Shown here piece by piece: positions 20,191 to 30,525 of a DNA stretch of 64,000 nt. A program made the position numbers and the translations under genes. The notes under the pieces are model-generated. The model made no database searches and had not been told where the DNA came from. It saw nothing but the letters and a program-made list of their open reading frames with translations. Within the stretch, counting starts at the first letter, position 1; every line of letters starts with the position of its first letter. Source of the DNA: Acutalibacteraceae bacterium (GTDB taxonomy: Bacteria > Bacillota > Clostridia > Oscillospirales > Acutalibacteraceae); contig JAZNTG010000001.1 in assembly GCA_045591645.1 (NCBI GenBank), positions 942-64,941 on the forward strand. Reading direction: 5' to 3'.

Positions 20191-20193
20191 AGA

Positions 20194-20796
20194 TTACACC
20201 TTTCCGGACAGATTTTTAAGGCCGCCCTTGATAAGCTCGTCGATAGCAAGCGTTGGATCCAGCTTTCCGACGGCAAGGGTCGCCTCGCTATGAGAAAAGC
20301 CGAGCGTAACAAGCGCCGCTATAGCCTCTGAAATATTTGAGCTGTTATTCATACGGCTGACGGTAACAGTATCCTCAGACAGGTCAAGCGCGCCTTTTCC
20401 TATCTTGTCTTTAAGCTCAAGCACTATTCTTTGAGCTGTTTTAGTGCCGACTCCGCTTACGCCAGTAAGCGCTTTATGATCTCCCGAAACGATATAAAAA
20501 GAAATCTGATCGGGTGTAAAGTCAGACAAGAAAGCAATGGCTGTTTTTGCACCAACACCGCTCACAGATGTTAATAACTTGAAACACTCAAGCTCATTTT
20601 TATCAGCAAAGCCGTAAAGGTCTAGCGCATCTTCTTTAACCGAAAGATAGGTAAAAAGAAATGCTTCACTGCCGTTTTTCGGCAAGGACGCAAGCGTCTT
20701 AATGCTTGCAAAGCATTTAAGTCCAACACCGCCGCACTCAATAACAGCGCAAGAGTTGTCTGAATATATAAGCTTGCCTCTAACTGAAGAAATCAT
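20194..20796 (-). CDS. ruvA: Holliday junction DNA-binding protein RuvA
   Basis: 200 aa with two HhH motifs (VSGVGAKTA, VSGVGTKTAQRI). Confidence 0.95.
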   Translation of the reverse strand: MISSVRGKLIYSDNSCAVIECGGVGLKCFASIKTLASLPKNGSEAFLFTYLSVKEDALDLYGFADKNELECFKLLTSVSGVGAKTAIAFLSDFTPDQISFYIVSGDHKALTGVSGVGTKTAQRIVLELKDKIGKGALDLSEDTVTVSRMNNSSNISEAIAALVTLGFSHSEATLAVGKLDPTLAIDELIKGGLKNLSGKV

Positions 20797-21302
20797 CAGA
20801 TCATACCTCCTGAATTGAATTTACCGAGTAATGAACCGCCTGTATGTGCGTGACAGATAGCTATCGCCAAGGCATCAGCAGTATCGTCAGGCTTAGGCAC
20901 CTTTTCAAGTCCCAGAATGCTTTTGGTCATTTCCATTACCTGCTTTTTTTCAGCCTTACCGTAGCCTGTAACCGCAGATTTTACCTGAAGAGGAGTATAT
21001 TCAAAAACAGGCACATTGTTTTGCTTAGCACAAAGCAATATTACTCCTCTCGCCTGAGCAACGTCTATTGCAGTAGTGGTATTTGTGTTAAAGAAAAGCT
21101 TCTCGATCGCAATCGCATCGGGCTGAGCCTTCCCGATGAGAAGATTCATATCATTGAATATCTCTGCTAATCTGTCAGAAAAAAGCACACCTGCTTTTGT
21201 AGTTATAGCACCGTATTGCAGGATCGTGAAGCGGTTTTTAGTAAAATCAATTGCACCGTAACCGACAATTGCATAACCAGGATCAATACCTAATATACGC
21301 AT
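20796..21302 (-). CDS. ruvC: Crossover junction endodeoxyribonuclease RuvC
   Basis: MRILGIDPGYAIVGY N-terminus. The start is moved to ATG 21302. Confidence 0.93.
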   Translation of the reverse strand: MRILGIDPGYAIVGYGAIDFTKNRFTILQYGAITTKAGVLFSDRLAEIFNDMNLLIGKAQPDAIAIEKLFFNTNTTTAIDVAQARGVILLCAKQNNVPVFEYTPLQVKSAVTGYGKAEKKQVMEMTKSILGLEKVPKPDDTADALAIAICHAHTGGSLLGKFNSGGMI

Positions 21303-21425
21303 TAAACACAATCCCCCCATATTAATCGTTATTTTGTGATTATACCACACTCGGTAAATATAGGCAACAATTTTCTATAAAGTTTATTTATTATTAATAA
21401 TTATTACTGCGTCAAATCAAAAACC

Positions 21426-21454
21426 TTGACTTTTGATGCTGTTAGCCTTATATT
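21426..21454 (+). promoter_or_regulatory. Sigma-70-type promoter of the pot operon
   Basis: TTGACT, 17 nt, TATATT. Confidence 0.6.
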
Positions 21455-21633
21455 AGATATGAATTGTTTAACGCATCTGTGCTTAATGCAGTTTCAAAAA
21501 ACGGGCCTTAACTAAAATTATTTTTAGTGAAAAACTCTTTGCGGAGGGCTTATGCTAATGAAGCTGCGGGTATCGCGCAGGGTTATTAACAGTAACTTGT
21601 GCGGCACTTAGTGTCCGCAAAGGGGGATGCGCT
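21455..21633 (+). promoter_or_regulatory. Structured 5' leader of potABCD (candidate cis-regulatory RNA)
   Basis: ctttgcgga (21537-21545) can pair with tccgcaaag (21614-21622), which abuts the SD. The same 3' segment can alternatively pair with gtgcggcac (21599-21607). Confidence 0.35.
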
Positions 21634-22782
21634 ATGAAAAGCGAAAATATTATTGAACTCAAAGACATATCAATTGCGTTCGGAGAGCAAACCGTTCTTG
21701 ACGGTATTGATCTTACGATAAGAGACGGAGAATTTGTAACCCTTCTCGGTCCTTCGGGCTGCGGTAAAACAACGACTCTGCGTATTATCGGCGGTTTTGA
21801 GGAGCCTGACAGCGGCGATATCTTCTTTGAGGGTAAAAAGCTAAATGGTGTTCCTGCTCACAAGCGTCAGGTCAACACCATTTTTCAGCGTTACGCCCTT
21901 TTTCCCCACTTGAACGTTTACGAAAACGTTGCATTTGGTATGAGGGTGAAAAAGGCTGACGAAAAGACAATTAAACAAAAAGTCTCCGAAATGCTGAAGC
22001 TCGTTAATCTTGAAGGACTGCAGAAAAGACGCATCGATACTTTATCCGGCGGTCAGCAGCAGCGTGTTGCAATTGCGAGAGCGCTTGCAAACGAGCCCAG
22101 AGTTCTGCTTTTGGATGAGCCTTTAGCTGCGCTTGATCTAAAACTCCGCAAGGATATGCAGGTCGAGCTGAAGAAGATACAGCAGTCGCTCGGAATTACC
22201 TTTATTTTTGTTACCCACGATCAGGAAGAAGCTCTTACGATGTCTGACACCGTTGTTGTAATGGATGCAGGTAAGATCCAGCAGATCGGAACACCGAAAG
22301 ATATTTATAACGAGCCCGAAAATGCCTTTGTTGCTGATTTTATTGGCGAATCCAACATACTTGACGGTATTATGAGAAATGACTTTGTAGCTGAATTTTC
22401 AGGACACGTTTTCGACTGTCTTGATAAAGGTTTTGAAGCTAACGAACCTGTTGATGTTGTCGTCCGTCCAGAGGATGTTGATATAGTAGCTCCCGAAAAA
22501 GGAATGCTGACAGGTGTCGTCACCTCCGTCACATTCCTCGGAGTTCATTATGAGATAATCGTTGATATCGGCGGCTTCAAGTGGATGATACAGACAACCG
22601 ATGAAGCCAAGGAGGGCGAAACAGTCGGTCTGTTTATAGAGCCTGATGCTATTCATATTATGAAAAAGAGTGAATATTCGGGTATGTTCGGCGATTATAG
22701 CACCTACAGTGACGAGATCGAGCATCTTTCGGATCCCGAACCCGAAGAGGAGGAAGCTAATGAAGAAAACTTCAATTGGTAA
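21634..22782 (+). CDS. potA: Spermidine/putrescine ABC transporter ATPase PotA
   Basis: [24 protein letters not shown] and a TOBE-like C-terminus, followed by potBCD. Confidence 0.93.
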   Translation: MKSENIIELKDISIAFGEQTVLDGIDLTIRDGEFVTLLGPSGCGKTTTLRIIGGFEEPDSGDIFFEGKKLNGVPAHKRQVNTIFQRYALFPHLNVYENVAFGMRVKKADEKTIKQKVSEMLKLVNLEGLQKRRIDTLSGGQQQRVAIARALANEPRVLLLDEPLAALDLKLRKDMQVELKKIQQSLGITFIFVTHDQEEALTMSDTVVVMDAGKIQQIGTPKDIYNEPENAFVADFIGESNILDGIMRNDFVAEFSGHVFDCLDKGFEANEPVDVVVRPEDVDIVAPEKGMLTGVVTSVTFLGVHYEIIVDIGGFKWMIQTTDEAKEGETVGLFIEPDAIHIMKKSEYSGMFGDYSTYSDEIEHLSDPEPEEEEANEENFNW

Positions 22783-23590
22783 TCCTCACGTCGCTTCTCC
22801 CTATGTCGTATGGTCGGTAATATTCATTATTGTACCGCTGTTAATGGTAGCTTACTACTCCTTTACAGATGCGAGCGGCGCGTTTTCTCTTGAAAATGTA
22901 ACCAAGATAGTCGAGTACAATTATCTCAAGATATTCGGTGTGTCTATCCTCTATGCTTTTGTTGCAACGGTTATCACACTTATTATCTCTTACCCGCTAG
23001 CTTACTGTATGACAAAGACAAAGCTCAGCACTCAGGGCACTCTTATGCTTCTTGTAATGCTACCTATGTGGATGAATCTGCTGATTCGTACATACTCTCT
23101 TTCGAATATTCTGGAAAGAAACGGAATAATCAACACTTTACTTGAAAGTATCGGACTGGAGAAGGTACAGCTTATCAACACCCCCGGTGCGGTAATACTC
23201 GGAATGGTATATAACTTTATCCCCTATATGATACTGCCTATTTATTCCTCGCTTTCAAAGCTTGACACTTCTCTGCTTGAAGCATCTTCCGACCTCGGCG
23301 GTAACGGCTTTACGACCCTGCGCCGTGTAATAATTCCGCTCAGTATGCCGGGTGTTGTATCGGGTATTACTATGGTATTTGTGCCTTCGGTCAGCACCTT
23401 TTATATTTCACAAAAGCTGGGCGGTATCAGAAACGAGCTCATCGGCGATGTAATTGAGCAGCAGTTCAAGCTGAACAGTAACTATAACCTCGGTGCTTCA
23501 TTATCTCTTGTGCTTATGGTAATGATACTTATCAGCCTTGCGATAATGAATAAGTTTGCCTCAGATGATGACGGAGGTGTTATAGTATGA
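22760..23590 (+). CDS. potB: Spermidine/putrescine ABC transporter permease PotB
   Basis: Start at ATG 22760 after GAGGAGGAAG. Six-TM permease with an EAA-type loop (EASSDLGG). Confidence 0.9.
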   Translation: MKKTSIGNPHVASPYVVWSVIFIIVPLLMVAYYSFTDASGAFSLENVTKIVEYNYLKIFGVSILYAFVATVITLIISYPLAYCMTKTKLSTQGTLMLLVMLPMWMNLLIRTYSLSNILERNGIINTLLESIGLEKVQLINTPGAVILGMVYNFIPYMILPIYSSLSKLDTSLLEASSDLGGNGFTTLRRVIIPLSMPGVVSGITMVFVPSVSTFYISQKLGGIRNELIGDVIEQQFKLNSNYNLGASLSLVLMVMILISLAIMNKFASDDDGGVIV

Positions 23591-24396
23591 AGATATTATC
23601 AAAGCTTTATATCGGACTTATTATGTTCTTCCTCTATGCACCTATCCTTGTTATGGTCGTTTTCTCTTTCAATTCGTCCAACAGTACAGCTGTTATGGAG
23701 GGATTCTCGCTTAAATGGTATGCTGAGCTTCTCGGCAACGATACGGTACTGAATGCACTTTTAAACACTCTTATTCTCGCCCTTTCCTCGGCTCTTATCG
23801 CAACTGCACTCGGCTCGGTTGCCGCCGTCGGTATATTTTCGTACCGAAAAAAGTGGACCAGAACCGCTGTTATGTCAGTTACGAATATTCCGATGATGAA
23901 TCCCGATATCGTTACGGGCATTTCTATGATGCTGTTATTCGTCTTTTTCGGAAGATTAATGGCTCTCAGGAATTCGCTTAGCTTCGTAACACTTCTTATC
24001 GCTCACATCACATTTAATTTGCCGTATGTGATACTTTCGGTAATGCCGAAATTAAATCAGATGGACAGCCATTTATCCGAAGCGGCGCTCGACCTCGGAT
24101 GTACGCCGTTTAAAGCCTTTTTTAAGGTGACCTTGCCGTCGATTTCATCCGGCATAGTTACAGGCTTTATTATGGCATTTACACTCTCTCTTGACGACTT
24201 TGTTATAAGCTATTTTACCACAGGTCCTGATTTCCAGACTCTGCCCTTGCTTATATACTCTATGACCAAGAGAAGAGTTACCCCTGACATGTACGCACTC
24301 TCAACCATTATGTTTGTTGCGGTGCTTGTTCTTCTTATTCTCTTTAATTTTGCTTCTTCAAAAGCGGACAAGGCAAGGAGGGACAAGAATGCTTAA
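23587..24396 (+). CDS. potC: Spermidine/putrescine ABC transporter permease PotC
   Basis: EAALDLGCTPFKAF EAA loop and ATGA overlap with potB. Confidence 0.9.
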   Translation: MKILSKLYIGLIMFFLYAPILVMVVFSFNSSNSTAVMEGFSLKWYAELLGNDTVLNALLNTLILALSSALIATALGSVAAVGIFSYRKKWTRTAVMSVTNIPMMNPDIVTGISMMLLFVFFGRLMALRNSLSFVTLLIAHITFNLPYVILSVMPKLNQMDSHLSEAALDLGCTPFKAFFKVTLPSISSGIVTGFIMAFTLSLDDFVISYFTTGPDFQTLPLLIYSMTKRRVTPDMYALSTIMFVAVLVLLILFNFASSKADKARRDKNA

Positions 24397-25495
24397 AAAG
24401 CTTATATCGCTCTTTGTTTCCACGGTTTTGCTTGTTACTTTTGTCGCAGGCTGTGAGTACGAGCCCTTTGATATTTCACTCAGAGCAGAGTATGACCGAC
24501 CGGAGCTTGTCGGAACTACTCTTAATATCTATAACTGGGGCGAGTATATCTCGGACGGCAGCGAGGACTCGATGGATGTTATCAAGGAATTTGAGCATCT
24601 AACGGGAATTAAGGTTAATTACGCGACCTTTGACAGTAATGAATCTATGTATTCGCTTATTAAATACGGCGGTGTTTCGTACGATATTGTCATACCCTCC
24701 GACTATATGATCGAGCGAATGATAAATGAAGATATGCTGCAGAAGCTCGATATGTCAAAGATCTCCAACTACGATCTTATCGACAATAAGTATAAGGATC
24801 TGTACTTCGATCCAAATAATGAGTACAGTGTTCCGTATAGCGTTGGGATGGTCGGTCTTATCTACAACACTTCTCTCGTTGAGGAAGCACCTGACAGCTG
24901 GTCTGTTATGTGGGATGAGAGATATAAAAATGATGTGCTCACCTTCAATAATCCCCGCGATGCGTTCGGTATAGCACAATTCTTGCTCGACATTGACCTT
25001 AACACTACCGATAAGGCCGAATGGGATGCAGCAGCCGAGCTTTTAAAGGAACAAAAAGATGTTCTGCAGGCATATGTTATGGACGAGGTGTACAACAAGA
25101 TGGAATCAGCCTCTGCCGCAATCGCGCCCTACTATGCAGGTGACTATCTCAGTATGGTAGAAAATAACGAGGACCTCGCTTTTGTTTATCCGAAGGAAGG
25201 CGTAAATATTTTCGTTGATTCGGCTTGTATTCCTAAAAATGCTGAGAATTATGAGGCGGCTCTACTCTTTATAAACTTCCTGCTGGAGCCTGATATTGCC
25301 CTTGCAAATGCTGAATATATTTATTACGCATCCCCAAATACTTCGGTAACAACAAATTCCGAGTATTCCCTTCTTGGCGACGAAATTCTCTACCCCAGTG
25401 AAGAAAATATGCCTAAGGTTGAATACTATCACGATATGGATTCCGAAACACGTGCTTATTTCGATAAGCTTTGGCAGGATGTTAAGCTTCATTAA
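24389..25495 (+). CDS. potD: Spermidine/putrescine-binding lipoprotein PotD
   Basis: Start at ATG 24389 after AGGAGG. Lipobox FVAGC and PotD-like NWGEYI motif. Confidence 0.9.
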   Translation: MLKKLISLFVSTVLLVTFVAGCEYEPFDISLRAEYDRPELVGTTLNIYNWGEYISDGSEDSMDVIKEFEHLTGIKVNYATFDSNESMYSLIKYGGVSYDIVIPSDYMIERMINEDMLQKLDMSKISNYDLIDNKYKDLYFDPNNEYSVPYSVGMVGLIYNTSLVEEAPDSWSVMWDERYKNDVLTFNNPRDAFGIAQFLLDIDLNTTDKAEWDAAAELLKEQKDVLQAYVMDEVYNKMESASAAIAPYYAGDYLSMVENNEDLAFVYPKEGVNIFVDSACIPKNAENYEAALLFINFLLEPDIALANAEYIYYASPNTSVTTNSEYSLLGDEILYPSEENMPKVEYYHDMDSETRAYFDKLWQDVKLH

Positions 25496-25505
25496 CTGTT
25501 TTTTG

Positions 25506-25538
25506 TCGGGCAACATAAAAGTTGCCCGATATATTTTT
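25506..25538 (+). terminator. Intrinsic terminator of the pot operon
   Basis: tcgggcaac-ataaaa-gttgcccga followed by a T-rich tract. Confidence 0.7.
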
Positions 25539-25548
25539 AAAATCATTA

Positions 25549-25577
25549 TTGACAATATTTTTTTTGTGTGATATAAT
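25549..25577 (+). promoter_or_regulatory. Consensus sigma-70 promoter for the tRNA-Ser pair
   Basis: TTGACA, 17 nt, TATAAT. Confidence 0.7.
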
Positions 25578-25592
25578 ACACAGGTCACATTC

Positions 25593-25681
25593 GGAGGGAT
25601 ATCGAAGTGGTCATAACGAGGCGGTCTTGAAAACCGTTTGGGGGCAACCCCACAAGGGTTCGAATCCCTTTCCCTCCGCCA
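25593..25681 (+). tRNA. tRNA-Ser (anticodon TGA)
   Basis: GGAGGGA/TCCCTCC acceptor, CTTGAAA anticodon loop, long variable arm, and CCA. Confidence 0.92.
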
Positions 25682-25707
25682 TATTTTATTAGTTTACGTT
25701 ACAACAT

Positions 25708-25798
25708 GGAGAAGTACTCAAGTTGGTGACGAGGCGCCCCTGCTAAGGGCGTAGGTCGGGTAACCGGCGCAGGAGTTCGAGTCTCCTCTTCTCCGCCA
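25708..25798 (+). tRNA. tRNA-Ser (anticodon GCT)
   Basis: GGAGAAG/CTTCTCC acceptor, CGCCC-CTGCTAA-GGGCG anticodon arm, long variable arm, and CCA. Confidence 0.92.
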
Positions 25799-25804
25799 AT
25801 AAAA

Positions 25805-25838
25805 AAGGTAACCATCGCAAGATGTGTTACCTTTTTTT
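25805..25838 (+). terminator. Intrinsic terminator after the tRNA-Ser pair
   Basis: ggtaac...gttacc stem followed by ttttttt. Confidence 0.65.
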
Positions 25839-25927
25839 ATTGTTTGTAAGGAGACTCGAAAAGAGCAATTGTTTGCGATTGCTATTTTGGGTTCTGCGTG
25901 ATATTATGTTATCAAAGGAGTGAACCT

Positions 25928-26848
25928 ATGAATATATATACCATTACTCTTAATCCTGCCTACGATATCCACGCGTATGCTAAACAGTTTGCACCGTTTT
26001 GCGAAAATCTTGTAAAAATATTAACAAGGAATGCAGGCGGAAAAGGAATAAACATTACAAGAGCCCTAAACGCTGTCGGCATTTCGAGCACCGCTGTTGT
26101 TGTGCTTGGAAGAGAGAACTGTGCCGATTTTAAGGCTGAGCTTTTGCAAGATGGAATAGATAGCATTATTTTTGAAAGACAAGGTAGTATTCGTAATAAT
26201 ATTACTATTCATACCGATAACTCACCTGAGACGAGAATCAGCTTTTCAGGGTCTTCATTAGATGGCGGTATTCTTTCAGAAATTGAAAATAAGCTTGAGC
26301 TCGACTCCCAAACCATTGTATCCTTTACCGGACGGATACCCGAAGGTATATCTGCCGAACAGGTCACCCAATTTCTTTTACAGCTGAAGGAACGCGGTGC
26401 AAAGCTTGTTATCGACTCTAAATCACTCTCATTGTCGGATATTTATTCGATCAAGCCATGGCTTATAAAGCCAAATGAAGAAGAAATTTCAGCTTATTTT
26501 AAATGTGAGGTCAATTCAATAGAAAAAGCGGAACAAAAGGCGATGGAGATATCGGAACAAGGGATCGAAAATGTAATGGTATCTCTAGGCGATAAGGGTG
26601 CCTTGCTGATCGCAGACGGTAAGGTGTATAAAGCTATTCCTCCGAAAATTACTTCTGTTTCAACAATCGGTGCCGGTGACAGTGCTATTGCAGGGTTTAT
26701 ATCAGCATATATTGAGGGCGCAGCTCCTTTAGAGTGCTTAAAAACCGCTGTTTCATTTGGAACAGCAGCCTGCCTCACCGAAGGTACGGCTCCGCCAAAT
26801 AAAACTGAAATTGAAATACTTTTAAAAAGAATATCAGTCCAATCATAA
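25928..26848 (+). CDS. 1-phosphofructokinase-family (PfkB) sugar kinase
   Basis: Start after AAGGAG. N-terminal TLNPAYD and C-terminal GAGDS motifs typical of the FruK/LacC subfamily. There is no adjacent PTS gene. Confidence 0.8.
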   Translation: MNIYTITLNPAYDIHAYAKQFAPFCENLVKILTRNAGGKGINITRALNAVGISSTAVVVLGRENCADFKAELLQDGIDSIIFERQGSIRNNITIHTDNSPETRISFSGSSLDGGILSEIENKLELDSQTIVSFTGRIPEGISAEQVTQFLLQLKERGAKLVIDSKSLSLSDIYSIKPWLIKPNEEEISAYFKCEVNSIEKAEQKAMEISEQGIENVMVSLGDKGALLIADGKVYKAIPPKITSVSTIGAGDSAIAGFISAYIEGAAPLECLKTAVSFGTAACLTEGTAPPNKTEIEILLKRISVQS

Positions 26849-26852
26849 ACTA

Positions 26853-26878
26853 AAAAGCACATTTTTAATGTGCTTTTT
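26853..26878 (+). terminator. Intrinsic terminator
   Basis: aaaagcacat...atgtgctttt. Confidence 0.65.
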
Positions 26879-26924
26879 GTATTTTTATAAGGTAAAGTAC
26901 CAAAAATTGAAATGAGGTGTTTAA

Positions 26925-28121
26925 ATGACAGATATTATAAAAGAATCCAAAAAGATTGAAAAAGAATTGATAAAAGACAGAAGATATTTACACAAAAATG
27001 CTGAAGTAGGCTTTGATCTTCCTAAAACAACGGCTTATATTAAAAAAACTCTGCAAGCTATCGGTTGCGAGGTATTAGAATGCGGAAGATCAGGTATCTA
27101 TACTGTTATCGGAGATAGAAATGCAAGCTCCTGTGTACTTCTCAGGGCAGATACCGATGCTCTTCCGATAATTGAAGAAAGCGTTGAAGAGTTCACTTCC
27201 TCTAAAAATATGCACGCTTGCGGACACGATATGCACACAGCTATGCTGCTCGGTGCCGCAAGAATTCTTAAAGAGCATGAGAATGAGCTTTCAAGACCGG
27301 TGAAGCTACTTTTTCAGCCTGCAGAGGAAACCCTCTCAGGCGCAAAAAATATGATAGATAACGGTATTTTAGAAAAACCGAATGTAACTGCTGCTTTTAT
27401 GCTGCACGTTACAGTAAACTCACCGCTTTCCACAGGCTCGCTGGTTGTTAGTTCTGCGGGGGTAAGCGCACCATCAGCTGATTATTTTGAAATTGAAATT
27501 TCGGGAAAAGGCTGTCACGGTGCAATGCCGAATATGGGTGTAGACCCTATTACAGCCGCCGCACATATTATTACGGCGCTAGATACAATAAAAACCCGAG
27601 AGCTTTCTCTATATGATGCCTCAGCATTAACTATTGGTTCGGTCATTTCAGGTACAGCGCATAATATAATACCCGATAAAGCATTTGTTAAGGGAACTCT
27701 CAGAGCATTTGATGAAGATGTTCGTGACATAATGAAAGACGCAATAGTAAGAATTTCCGAAAGGACAGCAGAAGCATTAAGATCGCGCGCTAAGGTCAGC
27801 TTTCCTGTCGGATGTCCGTCACTTAAAAATGATGGAACTCTATCTCAAAAAGCAATTGAAATATTATCTAGAGAAATAGGAGATAAGTTTGTATTCACTT
27901 CTGAAAAGGTAGCAAAAATGAGCGGATTGGATCAAAGATCATCCGGATCTGAGGATTTTGCCTGTTATTCGCAACAAGTTCCGTCAGTAATGATCGGAAT
28001 TTCCGCAGGCGGCAAGGACGAGGGGTATACTATTCCCCTACATCATCCAAAAGTCAGATTAAATGAAAATGCTCTTGCTTACGGCAGCGCGGCCCTTACA
28101 GCTCTAGCGCTGAATATATAA
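26925..28121 (+). CDS. M20D-family amidohydrolase (N-acyl-amino-acid deacylase-like)
   Basis: LRADTDALP, HACGHDMH and FQPAEE metal-binding motifs. Confidence 0.85.
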   Translation: MTDIIKESKKIEKELIKDRRYLHKNAEVGFDLPKTTAYIKKTLQAIGCEVLECGRSGIYTVIGDRNASSCVLLRADTDALPIIEESVEEFTSSKNMHACGHDMHTAMLLGAARILKEHENELSRPVKLLFQPAEETLSGAKNMIDNGILEKPNVTAAFMLHVTVNSPLSTGSLVVSSAGVSAPSADYFEIEISGKGCHGAMPNMGVDPITAAAHIITALDTIKTRELSLYDASALTIGSVISGTAHNIIPDKAFVKGTLRAFDEDVRDIMKDAIVRISERTAEALRSRAKVSFPVGCPSLKNDGTLSQKAIEILSREIGDKFVFTSEKVAKMSGLDQRSSGSEDFACYSQQVPSVMIGISAGGKDEGYTIPLHHPKVRLNENALAYGSAALTALALNI

Positions 28122-28149
28122 AAAAGTTGGATCGTTCGATCCAACTTTT
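28122..28149. terminator. Bidirectional terminator between convergent genes
   Basis: aaaagttggatcg-tt-cgatccaactttt. Confidence 0.7.
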
Positions 28150-28946
28150 TATACTCGTAATGTTGAATTAAGAAAGCTTTTAAGACGCTCGCTCCGCGGA
28201 TTATCAAATATCTGCTGAGGCGTTCCCTGCTCTGCAATATGACCGTCATCCATAAAGATGATCTCGTCAGAAACCTCTTTAGCAAAGCCCATTTCGTGGG
28301 TTACTATTATCATAGTTCTTCCCTGCTTTGCAAGGGCGCTTATTACTTTTAAAACCTCGCCCGTTATCTCAGGATCGAGCGCACTTGTAGGCTCATCAAA
28401 GCATAGTATCTGAGGAGAAAGCATAAGGGCGCGAGCTATGGCAACACGCTGCTGCTGACCTCCTGATAATTCGCAAGGATAACTATCAAGCTTATCGATA
28501 AGACCAACAGAATCTATTACCTTTTTTGCTTCCTCACAAAGTGCTTCAACCCTTGTTTTTCTTTCTTCGTGCGAAGCCTTATTTTTCTTTAACTGCTCCT
28601 TTAAAGCAAGCTTCGGCGCGAGAAGAACATTATCAAGAACTGTGTACTGCGGGAAAAGATTAAACGACTGAAAAACAAGTCCTGTGCTGAGCTGATTCTG
28701 TCTTTTATCCTCCTGTGAAAGCTTTGTCTTGCGCTCATTGTCGAAGGTTACGCGGTCACCGACGGTAATTTTGCCTCTGTCAGCTGTTTCCAGTCCTGTA
28801 ATACAACGCAGCAGGGTCGTCTTACCGCTGCCTGATGAGCCGATTATAGATATTACCTTACCCTCATCAAGAGTAAAAGAAATTCCTTTAAGTACATCGA
28901 CCTTGCCAAAGCTTTTTTCAATGTTTTTAACCTCTAACAATGCCAT
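28149..28946 (-). CDS. Polar amino-acid ABC transporter ATPase (GlnQ-like)
   Basis: [24 protein letters not shown] and [10 protein letters not shown] motifs. Confidence 0.9.
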   Translation of the reverse strand: MALLEVKNIEKSFGKVDVLKGISFTLDEGKVISIIGSSGSGKTTLLRCITGLETADRGKITVGDRVTFDNERKTKLSQEDKRQNQLSTGLVFQSFNLFPQYTVLDNVLLAPKLALKEQLKKNKASHEERKTRVEALCEEAKKVIDSVGLIDKLDSYPCELSGGQQQRVAIARALMLSPQILCFDEPTSALDPEITGEVLKVISALAKQGRTMIIVTHEMGFAKEVSDEIIFMDDGHIAEQGTPQQIFDNPRSERLKSFLNSTLRV

Positions 28947-28949
28947 ATG

Positions 28950-29597
28950 CTAACTCCTAAAATAATCTAATTTCTTCTCGATATAGCCGAACAAAAGGGT
29001 CAGAACACCGTTGAAGGCAAGGAAGAAAACACCCGTATAGAAAAGAGGCCAGATAAGACCCTTTCCTGTAAACCTTTCTGCACACATCAAAATCTCGGAC
29101 ACGGCGATAATGCGTGCAAGCGAAGTGTCCTTAACAAGAGTAATTATTTCGTTGCTCATAGGGGCGACTATCCTCTTAATAACCTGAAGTAGAACGACCC
29201 TGAAGAAGGTCTGGCTTTTGGTCATACCAAGGACCTGACCTGCTTCATACTGTCCATTTGAAATACTCTGTATTCCGCCTCTGTATATCTCTGAAAAATA
29301 ACAGGCATAGTTTATAACAAAGGCTATCAGCGCTGCTAACATTCTGTTTCTCATCGGGGTGTCGAAAACAAGTCCGGGAACATAAAAAACCACAAAAATC
29401 TGGAGCATCAGAGGAGTACCTCTGATGATCCAGACGATAGTTTTTGTAAGCCAAGCAAGCGGCTTAAATTTAGACATTGAACCGAATGTAATGATAAGAC
29501 CGAGAGGAAGAGCAAAAAGCAAGGTCATTGCAAACAGTTCACAGTTTTCGACGAATCCGAGGAGAAGGTCATGTGTGACTTTCTCAAACGTCTCCAT
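28950..29597 (-). CDS. Polar amino-acid ABC transporter permease (HisMQ family)
   Basis: 215 aa, 5-TM, with EAA-like GQYEAGQVLGMT. Confidence 0.88.
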   Translation of the reverse strand: METFEKVTHDLLLGFVENCELFAMTLLFALPLGLIITFGSMSKFKPLAWLTKTIVWIIRGTPLMLQIFVVFYVPGLVFDTPMRNRMLAALIAFVINYACYFSEIYRGGIQSISNGQYEAGQVLGMTKSQTFFRVVLLQVIKRIVAPMSNEIITLVKDTSLARIIAVSEILMCAERFTGKGLIWPLFYTGVFFLAFNGVLTLLFGYIEKKLDYFRS

Positions 29598-29612
29598 AAA
29601 TTAACTCCGAAA

Positions 29613-30407
29613 TTATTTCTTAACTACCATTACCTGCTTATTTTCCATATAAGGAATGGTTATGCTCATATTTGCTTTTCTGTCATCATCAATAGTCATA
29701 CCGTTCCAAATGCAGTCAATGTTCTTTGCGGCAAGCTCTGTCTCTTTTGCATTCCAGTTGATCTCAACAAACTTGGGAGTAAGACCCAACTTCTGGCAGA
29801 CCGCCTTTGCAAACTCGGTCTCAAAACCGATAAGCTCATTGTTCTCGTCAAGATAGTTCATAGGAGCAAAATATGTGATACCGATTACGAGCTCACCCTT
29901 GTTCATTATGTAATCATAATCAGAATTAGCTTCAGCCTTCTTAAATTCATCAAAAGAATCGGTAGCGGTGATAAGATTCTCAAGCTTATACTTTTTAGCG
30001 ATCTCTGCAAGCTTTCCTTCGTCCTTAAGAGCCTTGATAGCTTCGTTTACCTTAGCGGTAAAGTCAGAACCTTTTCTGAATGCTATTCCGTAGTTCTCAG
30101 GATTGTAACCTTCTCCGTTAACAACAAGGTTCTCATAATCGGTACCCTCACCGATGGAGCCGATAGACATTACATAGTCAACGATCGCAGCATCTGCAGT
30201 ACCTGCGCTTACTTCCATAAGTGCCTTTGCCTGAGTATCAACTGCGGTATAATCATAGTCGGTAAGAGTCTTAGCAACAGTTTCACCTGCAGAGCCTTTT
30301 TCAGCAACAAGCATAAGCTTTGCATTTTTGTCATCATTCTTCTGACATCCTGCAAAGCATAGTACAGATAACGCGATTGCCATAATTAATGCTATTATTT
30401 TTTTCAT
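29613..30407 (-). CDS. Amino-acid ABC transporter substrate-binding lipoprotein (family 3)
   Basis: Lipobox CFAGC and a type-3 SBP fold signature (WNGMTI). Confidence 0.85.
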   Translation of the reverse strand: MKKIIALIMAIALSVLCFAGCQKNDDKNAKLMLVAEKGSAGETVAKTLTDYDYTAVDTQAKALMEVSAGTADAAIVDYVMSIGSIGEGTDYENLVVNGEGYNPENYGIAFRKGSDFTAKVNEAIKALKDEGKLAEIAKKYKLENLITATDSFDEFKKAEANSDYDYIMNKGELVIGITYFAPMNYLDENNELIGFETEFAKAVCQKLGLTPKFVEINWNAKETELAAKNIDCIWNGMTIDDDRKANMSITIPYMENKQVMVVKK

Positions 30408-30494
30408 AACTGTTCCTCCAATTTAGCACAGTAAAGTATTAATATAACAAATTATATCTGTTTACTATCACTTTGTCAAGCATAATAAAGAATA

Positions 30495-30525
30495 AACCGC
30501 AGAAAACGATAAGTTTCTGCGGTTT
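30495..30525 (-). terminator. Hairpin at the xerD stop
   Basis: aaaccgcagaaa...tttctgcggttt. Confidence 0.6.

Noticed and set aside
29571-30362. 263-aa ORF on the plus strand
   Set aside because: It is fully antisense to the well-supported amino-acid-binding lipoprotein gene (29613-30407). The sequence is low-complexity and Cys/Leu/Ile-rich with no SD, which is a typical shadow ORF.
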